Below the pieces are notes generated by a model, which searched no databases, was not told the DNA's origin, and saw only the letters and a program-made list of their open reading frames with translations. Positions 13,601 to 28,269 of a stretch of DNA of 64,000 nt are shown piece after piece. The position numbers and the translations under genes were made by a program. The number at the start of each line of letters is the position of its first letter. Position 1 is the stretch's first letter. Where the stretch lies: NCBI RefSeq assembly GCF_009914755.1, contig NC_060933.1, one strand, 5' to 3'. The DNA comes from the human T2T-CHM13v2.0 reference genome, Homo sapiens.

Positions 13601-15519
13601 GGAATGGAATGGAATCAACCCGAGTTCAATGGAATGGAGAGGAATGGAATGGAATGGAATGGAAACTACCCGAATGGAATGGAATGTAATGGAGTCTAAG
13701 GGAATTGAATAGAATCAATCCGAATGTAATGGAATGGAATGGAACGGAATGGAATGGAATGGAATGGAATGGAATGGAATGGAATGCAGTGGAATGGAAT
13801 CAACCCGAGTTCAATCGAATGGAATCGAATGGAATGGAATGCAATGGAATGGATTCAACTTGAATGGAATGGAAAGAATGGAATCAACACGAGTGGAATG
13901 GCATGGATTGGAATGGAATGGAATGGAATCAACCCGAGTACAGCGGAATGGAATGGAATGGAATGCAATGGAATGGAATCATCCATAATGGAATGGAAAG
14001 GAATGGAATGGAATGGAATGGAATGGAATGGAATCAACTCGATTGCAATCGAATGGAATGGAGTGGAATTAACCCGAATAGAATGGAATGGAATGGAATG
14101 GAACGGAACGGAACGGAATGGAATGGAATGGAATGGAATGGAACGGAAAGGAAGGGAATGGAATGGAATAGAATGGAATGGAATGGAATCAACGCGAGTG
14201 CAGGGGAATGGAATGGAATGGAATGCAATGGAATGGAATCTTCCGGAATGGAATGGAATGGAATGGAATGGAATTGAATGGAATCAACCCGATTGCAATG
14301 GAATGGAGTGGAATGGAATGGAATGGAATGGAACAACCCGAATGGAATGGAATGTAATGGAGAGTAAGGGAGTTGAATAGAATCAATCCGAATGTAATGG
14401 AATGGAATGGAACGGAATGGAATTGAATGGAATGGAATGGAATGCAATGGAATGGAATCAACCCGAGTGCAATGGAATGGAGAGGAATGGAATGGAATGC
14501 AATGGAAACTACCCGAATGGAATGTAATGGAGTGTAAGGGAATTGAATAGAATCAATCCGAATGTAATGGAATGGAATGGAACGGAATGGAATGGAATGG
14601 AATGGAATGGAATGGAATGGAATGCAATGGAATGGAATCAACCCGAGTGCAGGGGAATGGAATGGAATGGAATGGAATGCAATGGAATGGATTCAACTTG
14701 AATGGAATGGAAAGAATGGAATCAACACGAGTGGAATGGCATGGATTGGAATGGAATGGAATGGAATCAACCCGAGTACAGGGGAATGGAATGGAATGGA
14801 ATGCAATGGAATGGAATCAACCGTAATGGAATGGAAAGGAATGGAATGGAATGGAATGGAATGGAATGGAATGGAATGGAATCAACTCGATTGCAATCGA
14901 ATGGAATGGAATGGAATTAACCCGAATAGAATGGAATGGAATGGAATGGAACGGAACGGAATGGAATGGAATGGAATGGAATGGAATGGAATGGAACGGA
15001 ACGGAATGGAATGGAATGGAATGGAATGGAATCAACGCGAGTGCAGGGGAATGGAATGGAATGGAATGCAATGGAATGGAATCTTCCGGAATGGAATGAA
15101 ATGGAATGGAATGGAATGAAATGCAATGGATTCAACTCGATTGCAATGGAATGGAATAGAATGGAATGGAATGGAATGGAATGGAATTAATCCGAATAGA
15201 ATGGAATGGAACGCAATGGAACGGAATGGAACGGAATGGAATGGAATGGAATGGAATGGAATTGTATGGAATGGAATGGAATGGTACGGAATAGAATGGA
15301 ATGGAACGAATTGTAACGGAATGGAATTGAATGGAATGGAATGGAACGGAATGGAATCAACGCGAGTGCAGGGGAATGTAATGGAAAGGAATGCAATGGA
15401 ATGGAATCATCCGGAATGGAATGGAATGGAATGGAATGGAATGGAATCAACCCGAGTGCAATGGAATGGAGTGGAATGGAATGGAATGGAATGGAACAAC
15501 CAGAATGGAATGGAATGTA

Positions 15520-18500
15520 ATGGAGAGTAAGGGAGTTGAATAGAATCAATCCGAATGTAATGGAATGGAATGCAACGGAATGGAATTGAATGGAATGGAA
15601 TGGAATGCAATGGAATTGAATCAACCCGAGCACAGTGGAATGGAATGGAATGGAATGGAATGGAATGGAATGGAATGGAATGGAATGGAATGATACGGAA
15701 TAGAATGGAATGGAACGAAATGGAATGGAATGGAATGGAATGGAATGGAATGGAATGGAATGGAATGGAATCAACCCGAGTGCAGGGGAATGGAATGGAA
15801 TGGAATGCAAAGGAATGGAATCATCCGGAATGGAATGGAATGGAATGGAATGCAAAGCAATGGAATCAACTCGATTGCAATGGAATGGAATGGAATGGAA
15901 AGGAATACATTGGAATCAACCCGAGTGGAATGGAATGGAAAGGACTGGAATGGAGTGGAATGGAATGGAATGGAATGGAATGGAATCAACTCGATTGGAA
16001 TGGAATGGAATGGAATGGAATTAACCCGAATAGAATGGAATGGAATGGAATGGAACGGAACGGAATGGAATGGAATGGAATGGAATGGAATGGAATGGAA
16101 TCAACCCGACTGAAGGGGAATGGAATGGAATGGAAGGCAATGGAATGGATTCAACTTGAATGGAATGGAAAGAATGGAATCAACACGAGTGGAATGGCAT
16201 GGATTGGAATGGAATGGAATGGAATCAACCCGAGTACAGGGGAATGGAATGAAATGGAATGCAATGGAATGGAATCATCCGTAATGGAATGGAAAGGAAT
16301 GGAAGGGAATGGAATGGAATAGAATGGAATGGAATGGAATCAACTCGATTGCAATCGAATGGAATGGAATGGAATTAACCCGAATAGAATGGAATGGTAT
16401 GGAATGGAACGGAACGGAACGGAACGGAACGGAGTGGAATGGAATGGAATGGAATTGTATGGAATGGAATGGCATGGTACGGAATAGAATGGAATGGACA
16501 GAATTGGAATGGAATGGAATCGAATGGAATGGAATGGAATGGAATGGAATCAACCCGAGTGCAATGGAATGGAGTGGAATGGAATGGAATGGAATGGAAC
16601 AACCCGAATGGAATGGAATGTAATGGAGAGTAAGGGAGTTGAATAGAATCAATCCGAATGTAATGGAATGAAACGGAATGGAATGGAATGGAATGGAATG
16701 GAATGGAATGGAATGGAATGGAATGCACTGGAATGGAATCAACCCGAGTACAATGGAACGGAATGGAATGTAATGTAATGTAATGGAATGGAATGGAATG
16801 GAATGGAATGGAATGGAATGGAATGGAATCAACCCGAGTGCAATGGAATGGAGAGGAATGGAATGGAATGGAATGGAAACTACCCGAATGGAATGGAATG
16901 TAATGGAGTGTAAGGGAATTGAATAGAATCAATCCGAATGGAATGGAATGGAATGGAACGAAATGTAATGTAATGGAATGGAATGGAATCAACCCGAGTG
17001 CAGGGGAATGGAATGGAATGGAATGCAATGGAATGGAATCATCCGGAATGGAATGGAATGGAATGCAATGGAATGGAATGGAATGGAATCAACCCGAGTG
17101 CAATGGAATGGAGTGAAATGGAATGGAATGGAATGGAAACAACCAGAATGGATTGGAATATAATGGAGTGTAAGGGAATTGAATAGAATCAATCTGAATG
17201 TAATGAAATGGAATGGAACGGAATGGAATGGAATGGAATGGAATGGAGTGGAATGGAATGCAATGGAATGGAATCAACCCGAGTGCAATCGAATGGAATC
17301 GAATGGAATGGAATGCAATGGAATGGATTCAACTTGAATGGAAAGGAAAGAATGGAATCAACACGAGTGGAATGGCATGGATTGGAATGGAATGGAATGG
17401 AATCAACCCGAGTACAGGGAAATGGAATGGAATGGAAAGCAATGGAATGGAATCATCCGTAATGGAATGGAAAGGAATGGAAAGGACTGGAGTGGAATGG
17501 AATGGAATGGAATGGAATGGAATGGAATGGAATCAACTCGATTGTAATGGAATGGAATGGAATGGAATGCAATGGAATGGAATTAACCCGAATACAATGG
17601 AATGGAATGGAATGGAACGGAATGGAGTGGAATGGAATGGAATCAACCCGAGTGCAGGAGAATGGAATGGAATGGAATGCAATGGAATGGAATCATCCGG
17701 AATGGAATGGAATGGAATGGAATGCAAAGCAATGGAATCAACTCGATTGCAATGGAATGGAATGGAATGGAAAGGAATACATTGGAATCAACCCGAGTGG
17801 AATGGAATGGAAAGGACTGGAATGGAGTGGAATGGAATGAAATGGAATGGAATGGAATCAACTCGATTGGAATGGAATGGAATGGAATGGAATGGAATTA
17901 ACCCGAATAGAATGGAATGGAATGGAATGGAACGGAACGGAATGGAATTGAATGGAATGGAATGGAATGGAATGGAATGGAAACAACCCGACAGCAGGGG
18001 AATGGAATGGAATGGAATGGAAACAACCCGACTGCAGGGGAATGGAATGGAATGGAATGCAAAGGAATGGATTCAACTTGAATGAAATGGAAAGAATGGA
18101 ATCAACACGAGTGGAATGGCATGGATTGGAATGGAATGGAATGGAATCAACCCGAGTACAGAGGAATGGAATGGAATGGAATGCAATGGAATGGAATCAT
18201 CCGTAATGGAATGGAAAGGAATGGAATGGAATGGAATGGAATGGAATGGAATGGAATCAACTCGATTGCAATCGAACGGAATGGAATGGAATTAACCCGA
18301 ATAGAATGGAATGGAATGGAATGGAACGGAACGGAACGGAATGGAATGGATTGGAATGGAATGGAATGGAATGGAATGGAACGGAAAGGAATGGTATGGA
18401 ATGGAATGGAATGGAATCAACGCGAGTGCAGGGGAATGGAATGGAATGGAATGCAATGGAATGGAATCTTCCGGAATGGAATGGAATGGAATGGAATGGA

Positions 18501-21500
18501 ATGGAATGGAATGGAATAAACCCGAGTGCAATGGAATGGAGTGGAATGGAATGGAATGGAATGGAACAACCCGAATGGAATGGAATGTAATGGAGAGTAA
18601 GGGAGTTGAATAGAATCAATCCGAATGTAATGGAATGGAATGGAACGGAATGGAATTGAATGGAATGGAATGGAATGGAATGGAATGGAATCAACCCGAG
18701 TTCAACGGAATGGAGAGGAATGGAATGGAATGGAATGGAAACTACCCGAATGGAATGGAATGTAATGGAGTCTAAGGGAATTGAATAGAATCAATCCGAA
18801 TGTTATGGAATGGAATGGAACGGAATGGAATGGAATGGAATGGAATGGAATGCAGTGGAATGGAATCAACCCGAGTGCAATCGAATGGAATCGAATGGAA
18901 TGGAATGCAATGCAATGGATTCAACTTGAATGGAATGGAAAGAATGGAATCAACACGAGTGGAATGGCATGGATTGGAATGTAATGGAATGGAATCAACC
19001 CGAGTACAGCGGAATGGAATGGAATGGAATGTAATGGAATGGAATCATCCGTAATGGAATGGAAAGGAATGGAATGGAATGGAATGGAATGGAATGGAAT
19101 GGAATCAACTCGATTGCAATCGAATGGAATGGAGTGGAATTAACCCGAATAGAATGGAATGGAATGGAATGGAACGGAACGGAACGGAATGGAATGGAAT
19201 GTAATGGAATGGAACGGAAAGGAAGGGAATGGAATGGAATAGAATGGAATGGAATGGAATCAACGCGAGTGCAGGGGAATGGAATGGAATGGAATGGAAT
19301 GGAATGGAATGGAATGGAATGGAATGGAATCAACCCGAGTGCAATGGAATGGAGTGGAATGGAATGGAATGGAATGGAACAACCCGAATGGAATGGAATG
19401 TAATGGAGAGTAAGGGAGTTGAATAGAATCAATCCGAATGTAATGGAATGGAACGGAATGGAATGGAATGGAATGGAATGGAATGGAATGGAATGGAATG
19501 CAATGGAATGGAATCAACCCTAGTACAATGGAACGGAATGGAATGTAATGTAATGGAATGGAATGGAATGGAATGGAATGGAATCAACCCGAGTGCAATG
19601 GAATGGAGAGGAATGGAATGGAATGGAATGGAAACTACCCGAATGGAATGGAATGTAATGGAGCGTAAGGGAATTGAATAGAATCAATCCGAATGGAATG
19701 GAATGGAATGGAACGGAATGTAATGGAATGGAATGAAATGGAATCAACCCGAGTGCAGGCGAATGGAATGGAATGCAATGCAATGGAATGGAATCATCCG
19801 GAATGGAATGGAATGGAATGCAATGGAATGGAATGGAATGGAATCAACCCGAGTGCAATGGAATGGAGTGAAATGGAATGGAATGGAATGGAAACAACCA
19901 GAATGGATTGGAATATATTGGAGTGTAAGGGAATTGAATAGAATCAATCTGAATGTAATGAAATGGAATGGAACGGAATGGAATGGAATGGAATGGAATG
20001 CAATGGAATGGTATCAACCCGAGTGCAATCGAATGGAATCGAATGGAATGGAATGCAATGGAATGGATTCAACTTGAATGGAAAGGAAAGAATGGAATCA
20101 ACACGAGTGGAATGGCATGGATTGGAATGGAATGGAATGGAATCAACCCGAGTACAAGGGAATGGAATGGAATGGAATGCAATAGAATGGAATCATCAGT
20201 AATGGAATGGAAAGGAATGGAAAGGACTGGAATGGAATGGAATGGAATGGAATGGAATGGAATCAACTCGATTGCAATCGAATGGTATGGAATGGAATGG
20301 AATCAACTCGATTGCAATCGAATGGAATGCAATGGAATTAACCCGAATAGAATGGAAAGGAATGGTATGGAACGGAACGGAATGGAATGGAATGGAATGG
20401 AAGGGAAAAGAATGGAATGGAAAGGAATGGAATGGAATGGAATGGAATGGAATGGAATCAACGCGCGTGCAGGGGAATGGAATGGAATCGAATGGAATGG
20501 AAAGGAATGGAATGGAATCAACCCGAGTGCAGGGAAATGTAATGGAACGGAATGCAATGGAATGGAATCATCCGGAATGGAATGGAATGGAATCAACCCG
20601 AGTGCAATGGAATGGAGTGGAATGGAATGGAATGGAATGGAACAACCCGAATGGAATGGAATGTAATGGAGAGTAAGGGAGTTGAAAAGAATCATTCCGA
20701 ATGTAATGGAATGGAATGGAACGGAATGGAATGGAATGGAATGGAATGCAATGGAATGGAATCAACCCGAGTACAATGGAATGGAATGGAATGGAATGGA
20801 ATGGAATGGAATGGAATGGAATGCAATGGAATGGAATCTTCCGGAATGGAATGGAATGGAATGGAATGGAATGCAATGGATTCAACTCGATTGCAATGGA
20901 ATGGAATAGAATGGAATGGAATGGAACGGAATGGAATGGAATTAAATCGAATAGAATGGAATGGAATGGAATGGAACGGAACAGAACGGAAAGGAACGGA
21001 ACGGAGTGGAATGGAATGGAATGGAATTGTATGGAATGGAATGGAATGGTACGGAATAGAATGGAATGGAAAGAATTGGAATGGATTGGAATCGAATGGA
21101 ATGGAATGGAATGGAATGGAATCAACCCGAGTGCAAGGGAATGTAATGGAACGGAATGCAATGGAATGGAATCATCCGGAATGGAATGGAATGGAATGGA
21201 ATGGAATGGAATCAACCCGAGCACAATGGAATGGAGTGGAATGGAATGGAATGGAATGGAACAACCCGAATGGAATGGAATGTAATGGAGAGTAAGGCAG
21301 TTGAATAGAATCAATCCCAATGTAATGGAATGGAACGGAATGGAATGGAATGGAATGCAATGGAATGGAATCAACCCGAGTACAAAGGAACGGAATGTAA
21401 TGTAATGTAATGTAATGGAATGGAATGGAATGGAATGGAATGGAATGGAATGGAATGGAATCAACCCGAGTGCAATGGAATGGAGAGGAATGGAATGGAA

Positions 21501-21730
21501 TGGAATGCAATGGAATGGAATCATCCGGAATGGAATGGAATGGAATGGAATGCAAAGCAATGGAATCAACTCGATTGCAATGGAATGGAATGGAATGGAA
21601 AGGAATACATTGGTATTAACCCGAGTGGAATGGAATGGAAAGGACTGGAATGGAGTGGAATGGAATGGAATGGAATGGAATGGAATCAACTCGATTGGAA
21701 TGGAATGGAATGGAATGGAATGGAATGGAA
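15520..21730 (+). repeat. Copy 2 of the ~6 kb block (8.0-8.1 kb offset)
   Basis: Same private markers in the same order as 7540-13600, with an extra ~164 bp at ~18.0-18.16 kb. Confidence 0.9.
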
Positions 21731-22999
21731 TGGAATGGAATTAACCCGAATAGAATGGAATGGAATGGAATGGAACGGATCGGAATGGAATGGAATGGAA
21801 TGGAATGGAAGGGAATGGAATGGAATGGAAACAACCCGACTGCAGGGGAATGGAATGGAATGGAATGGAATGGAAGGATACGGAATAGAATGGAATGGAA
21901 CGAAATGGAATGGAATGGAATGGAATGGAATGGAATGGAATCGTTCCGAGTGGAATAGGAGGGAATGTATTCGAGTGGAATGGAAAGGAATGGAATCAAC
22001 CAGAGTGGAATGGAAGGGAATGGAATGGAATGGAAACTAATAGAATGGAATCAACCCGAGAGGAACGGAATGGAAAGGACTGGAATGGAATGGAATGGAA
22101 TGGAATTAACTCGATTGAAATGGAATGGAATGGAATGGAATGGAATGGAATGGAATTAACGCGAATACAATGCAATGGAATGGAATGGAACGGAATGGAG
22201 TGGAATGGAATGGAATCAACCCGAGTGCAGGGGAATGGAATGGAATGGAATGCAATGGAATGGAATCATCCAGAATGGAATGGAATAGAACGGAATGCAA
22301 AGCAATGGATTCAACTCGATTGCAATGGAATGGAATGGAATGGAAAGGAATACATTGGAATCAACCCGAGTGGAATGGAATGGAAAGGACTGGAATTGAG
22401 TGGAATAGAATGGAATGGAATGGAATGGAATCAACTCGATTGGAATGGAATGGAATGGAATGGAATGGAATGGAATGGAATGGAATGGAATTAACCCGAA
22501 TAGAATGGAATGGAATGGAATGGAACGGAACGGAATGGAATGGAATGGAATGGAATGGAATGGAATGGAATGGAATGGAATGGAATGGAAACAACCAGAC
22601 TGCAGGGGAATGGAATGGAATGGAATGCAATGGAATGGATTCAACTTGAATGGAATGGAAAGAATGGAATCAACACGAGTGGAATGGCATGGATTGGAAT
22701 GGAATGGAATGGAATCAACCCGAGTACAGGGGAATGGAATGGAATGGAATGCAATGGAATGGAATCATCCGTAATGGAATGGAAAGGAATGGAATGGAAT
22801 GGAATGGAATGGAATGGAATGGAATGGAGTCAACTCGATTGCAATCGAATGGAATGGAATGGAATTAACCCGAATAGAATGGAATGGAATGGAATGGAAA
22901 GGAACGGAACGGAACGGAATGGATTGGATTGGAATGGAATGGAATGGAATGGAATGGAATCAACGCGAGTGGAGGGGAATGGAATGGAATGGAATGCAA

Positions 23000-25900
23000 T
23001 GGAATGGAATCTTCCGGAATGGAATGGAATGGAATGGAATGGAATGGAATGGAATGGAATGGAATCAACCCGAGTGCAATGGAATGGAGAGGAATGGAAT
23101 GGAATGGAATGGAACAACCCGAATGGAATCGAATATAATGGAGAGTAAGGGAGTTGAATAGAATCAATCCGAATGTAATGGAATGGAATGGAACGGAATG
23201 GAATTGAATGGAATGGAATGGAATGCAATGGAATGGAATCAACCCGAGTGCAATGGAATGGAGAGGAATGGAATGGAATGCAATGGAAACTACCCGAATG
23301 CAATGTAATGGAGTGTAAGGGAATTGAATAGAATCAATCCAAATGTAATGGAATGGAATGGAACGGAATGGAATGGAATGGAATGGAATGGAATGGAATG
23401 GAATGGAATGCAATGGAATGGAATCAACCCGAGTGCAATCAAATGGAATCGAATGGAATGGAATGCAAAGGAATGGATTCAACTTGAATGGAATGGAAAG
23501 AATGGAATCAACACGAGTGGAATGGCATGGATTGGAATGGAATGGAATGGAATCAACGCGAGTACAGGGGAATGGAATGGAATGGAATGCAATGGAATGG
23601 AATCAACCGTAATGGAATGGAATGGAATGGAATGGAATGGAATGGAATGGAATGGAATGGAATGGAATGGAATCAACTCGATTGCAATCGAATGGAATGG
23701 AATGGAATTAACCCGAATAGAATGGAATGGAATGGAATGGAACGGAACGGAATGGAATGGAATGGAATGGAATGGAATGGAACGGAACGGAATGGAATGG
23801 AATGGAATGGAATGGAATCAACGCGAGTGCAGGGGAATGGAATGGAATGGAATGCAATGGAATGGAATCTTCCGGAATGGAATGGAAAGGAATGGAAGGG
23901 AATGAAATGCAATGGATTCAACTCGATTGCAATGGAATGGAATAGAATGGAATGGAATGGAATGGAATGGAATTAATCCGAATAGAATGGAATGGAATGC
24001 AATGGAACGGAATGGAACGGAATGGAATGGAATGGAATGGAATGGAATTGTATGGAATGGAATGGAATGGTACGGAATAGAATGGAATGGAACGAATTGT
24101 AATGGAATGGAATTGAATGGAATGGAATGGAATGGAAAGGAATCAACGCGAGTGCAGGGGAATGTAATGGAAAGGAATGCAATGGAATGGAATCATCCGG
24201 AATGGAATGGAATGGAATGGAATGGAATGGAATGGAATCAACCCGAGGGCAATGGAATGGAGTGGAATGGAATGGAATGGAATGGAACAACCGGAATGGA
24301 ATGGAATGTAATGGAGAGTAAGGGAGTTGAATAGAATCAATCCGAATGTAATGGAATGGAATGCAACGGAATGGAATGGAATGGAATGGAATGGAATGCA
24401 ATGGAATTGAATCAACCCGAGTACAATGGAATGGAATGGAATGGAATGGAATGGAATGGAATGGAATGATAAGGAATAGAATGGAATGGAACGAAATGGA
24501 ATGGAATGGAATGGAATGGAATGGAATGGAATCAACCCGAGTGCAGGGGAATGGAATGGAATGGAATGCAAAGGAATGGAATCATCCGGAATGGAATGGA
24601 ATGGAATGGAATGCAAAGCAATCGAATCAACTCGATTGCAATGGAATGGAATGGAATGGAATTAACCCGAATAGAATGGAATGGAATGGAATGGAACGGA
24701 ACGGAATGGAATGGAATGGAATGGAATGGAATGGAATGGAATGGAATCAACCCGACTGCAGGGGAATGGAATGGAATGGAAGGCAATGGAATGGATTCAA
24801 CTTGAATGGAATGGAAAGAATGGAATCAACACGAGTGGAATGGCATGGATTGGAATGGAATGGAATGGAATCAACCCGAGTACAGGGGAATGGAATGGAA
24901 TGGAATGCAATGGAATGGAATCATCCGTAATGGAATGGAAAGGAATGGAATGGAATGGAATGGAATGGAATGGAATGGAATCAACTCGATTGCAATCGAA
25001 TGGAATGGAATGGAATTAACCCGAATAGAATGGAATGGAATGGAATGGAACGGAACGGAACGGAACGGAACGGAGTGGAATGGAATGGAATGGAATTGTA
25101 TGGAATGGAATGGCATGGTACGGAATAGAATGGAATGGAAAGAATTGGAATGGAATGGAATGGAATGGAATGGAATGGAATGGAATGGAATGGAATCAAC
25201 CCTAGTGCAATGGAATGGAGTGGAATGGAATGGAATGGAATGGAACAACCGGAATGGAATGGAATGTAATGGAGAGTAAGGGAGTTGAATAGAATCAATC
25301 CGAATGTAATGGAATGAAATGGAATGGAATGGAATGGAATGGAATGGAATGGAATGGAATGGAATGCAATGGAATGGAATCAACCCGAGTACAATGGAAC
25401 GGAATGTAATGTAATGGAATGGAATGGAATGGAATGGAATGGAATCAACCCGAGTGCAATGGAATGGAGAGGAATGGAATGGAATGGAATGGAAACTACC
25501 CGAATGGAATGGAATGTAATGGAGTGTAAGGGAATTGAATAGAATCAATCCGAATGGAATGGAATGGAATGGAACGAAATGTAATGGAATGGAATGGAAT
25601 GGAATCAACCCGAGTGCAGGGGAATGGAATGGAATGGAATGCAATGGAATGGAATCATCCGGAATGGAATGGAATGGAATGCAATGGAATGGAATGGAAT
25701 GGAATCAACCCGAGTGCAATGGAATGGAGTGAAATGGAATGGAATGGAATGGAAACAACCAGAATGGATTGGAATATAATGGAGTGTAAGGGAGTTGAAT
25801 AGAATCAATCTGAATGTAATGAAATGGAATGGAACGGAATGGAATGGAATGGAATGGAATGGAATGGAGTGGAATGGAATGCAATGGAATGGAATCAACC

Positions 25901-26000
25901 CGAGTGCAATCGAATGGAATCGAATGGAATGGAATGCAATGGAATGGATTCAACTTGAATGGAAAGGAAAGAATGGAATCAACACGAGTGGAATGGCATG
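23000..26000 (+). repeat. Diverged copy of ~14.2-17.4 kb (offset 8.6-8.8 kb)
   Basis: ORF pairs 14572/23358 and 15126/23912 (8786), 16919/25535 (8616). Shared TCAACCGTAAT marker (~14817/23603). Confidence 0.75.
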
Positions 26001-28269
26001 GATTGGAATGGAATGGAATGGAATCAACCTGAGTACAGGGGAATGGAATGGAATGGAAAGCAATGGAATGGAATCATCAGTAATGGAATGGAAAGGAATG
26101 GAAAGGACTGGAATGGAATGGAATGGAATGGAATGGAATGGAATCAACTCGATTGCAATCGAATGGAATGGAATGGAATTAACTCGAATAGAATGGAATG
26201 GAATGGAATGGAACGGAACGGAATGGAATGGAATGGAATGGAATGGAACGGAAAGGAATGGAATGGAATGGAATGGAATGGAATGGAATGGAATGGAATG
26301 GAATGGAATCAACGCGAGTGCAGGGGAATGGAATGGAATCGAATGGAATGGAAAGGAATGGAATGGAATCAACCCGAGTGCAGGGGAATGTAATGGAACG
26401 GAATGCATTGGAATGGAATCATCCGGAATGGAATGGAATGGAATGGAATGGAATGGAATGGAATCAACCCGAGTGCAATGGAATGGACTGGAATGGAATG
26501 GAATGGAATGGAACAACCCGAATGGAATGGAATGTAATGGAGAGTAAGGGAGTTGAAAAGAATCAATCCGAATGTAGTGGAATGGAATGGAACGGAATGG
26601 AATGGAATGGAATGGAATGGAATGGAATGGAATGCAATGGATTCAACTCGATTGCAATGGAATGGAATAGAATGGAATGGAATGGAATGGAATGCAATGG
26701 AATTAAACCGAATAGAATAGAATGGAATGGAATGGAATGGAACAGAACGGAACGGAACGGAACGGAGTGCAAAGGAATGGAATGGAATTGTATGGAATGG
26801 AATGGAATGGTACGGAATAGAATGGAATGGAAAGAATTGGAATGGAATGGAATGGAATGGAATGGAATGGAATCAACCCGAGTGCAATGGAATGGAGTGG
26901 ATTGGAATGGAATGGAATGGAACAACCCGAATGGAATGGAATGTAATGGAGAGAAAGGGAGTTGAACAGAATCAATCCGAATGTAATGGAATGGAACGGA
27001 ATGGAATGGAATGGAATGGAATGGAATGGAATGGAATGGAATGCAATGGAATGGAATCAACCCGAGTACAACGGAACGGAATATAATGTAATGTAATGGA
27101 AAGGAATGGAATGGAATGGAATGGAATGGAATCAACCCGAGTGGAATGGAATGGAGAGGAATGGAATGGAATGGAATGGAAACTACCCGAATGGAATGGA
27201 ATGTAATGGAGTGTAAGGGAATTGAATAGAATCAATCCGAATGGAATGGAATGGAATAGAACGGAATGTAATGTAATGGAATGGAATGGAATCAACCCGA
27301 GTGCAGGGGAATGGAATGGAATGGAATGCAATGGAATGGAATCATCCGGAATGGAATGGAATGGAATGCAATGGAATGGAATGGAATGGAATCAACCCGA
27401 GTGCAATGGAATGGAGTGAAATGGAATGGAATGGAATGGAGACAACCAGAATGGATTGGAATATAATGGAGTGTAAGGGAATTGAATAGAATCAATCTGA
27501 ATGTAATGAAATGGAATGGAACGGAATGCAATGGAATGGAATATTCCGGAATGGAATGGAATGGAATGGAATGGAATGGAATGGAATGGAATCAACCAGA
27601 GTGCAATGGAATGGAGTGGAATGGAATGGAATGGAATGGAACAACCCGAATGAAATGGAATGTAATGCAGAGTAAGGGAGTTGAATAGAATCAATCCGAA
27701 TGTAATGGAATGGAATGCAACGGAATGGAATTGAATGGAATGGAATGGAATGCAATGGAATGGAATCAACCCGAGTGCAATGGAATGGAGAGGAATGGAA
27801 TGGAATGGAATGGAAACTACCCGAATGGAATGGAATGTAATGGAGTGTAAGGGAATTGAATAGAATCAATCCGAATGTAATGGAATGGAATGGAACGGAA
27901 TGGAATGGAATGGAATGGAATGGAACGCAATGGAATGGAATCATCCCGAGTGCAATAGAATGGAATCGAATGGAATGGAATGCAATGGAATGGATTCAAA
28001 TTGAATGGAATGGAAAGAATGGAATCAACACGAGTGGAATGGCATGGATTGGAATGGAATTTAATGGAATCAACCCGAGTACAGGGGAATGGAATGGAAT
28101 GGAATGCAATGGAATGGAATCATCCGTAATGGAATGGAAAGGAATGGAATGGAATGGAATGGAATGGAATCAACTCGATTGCAATCGAATGGAATGGAAT
28201 GGAATTAACCCGAATAGACTGGAATGGAATGGAATGGAACGGAACGGAATGGAATGGAATGGAATGGAA

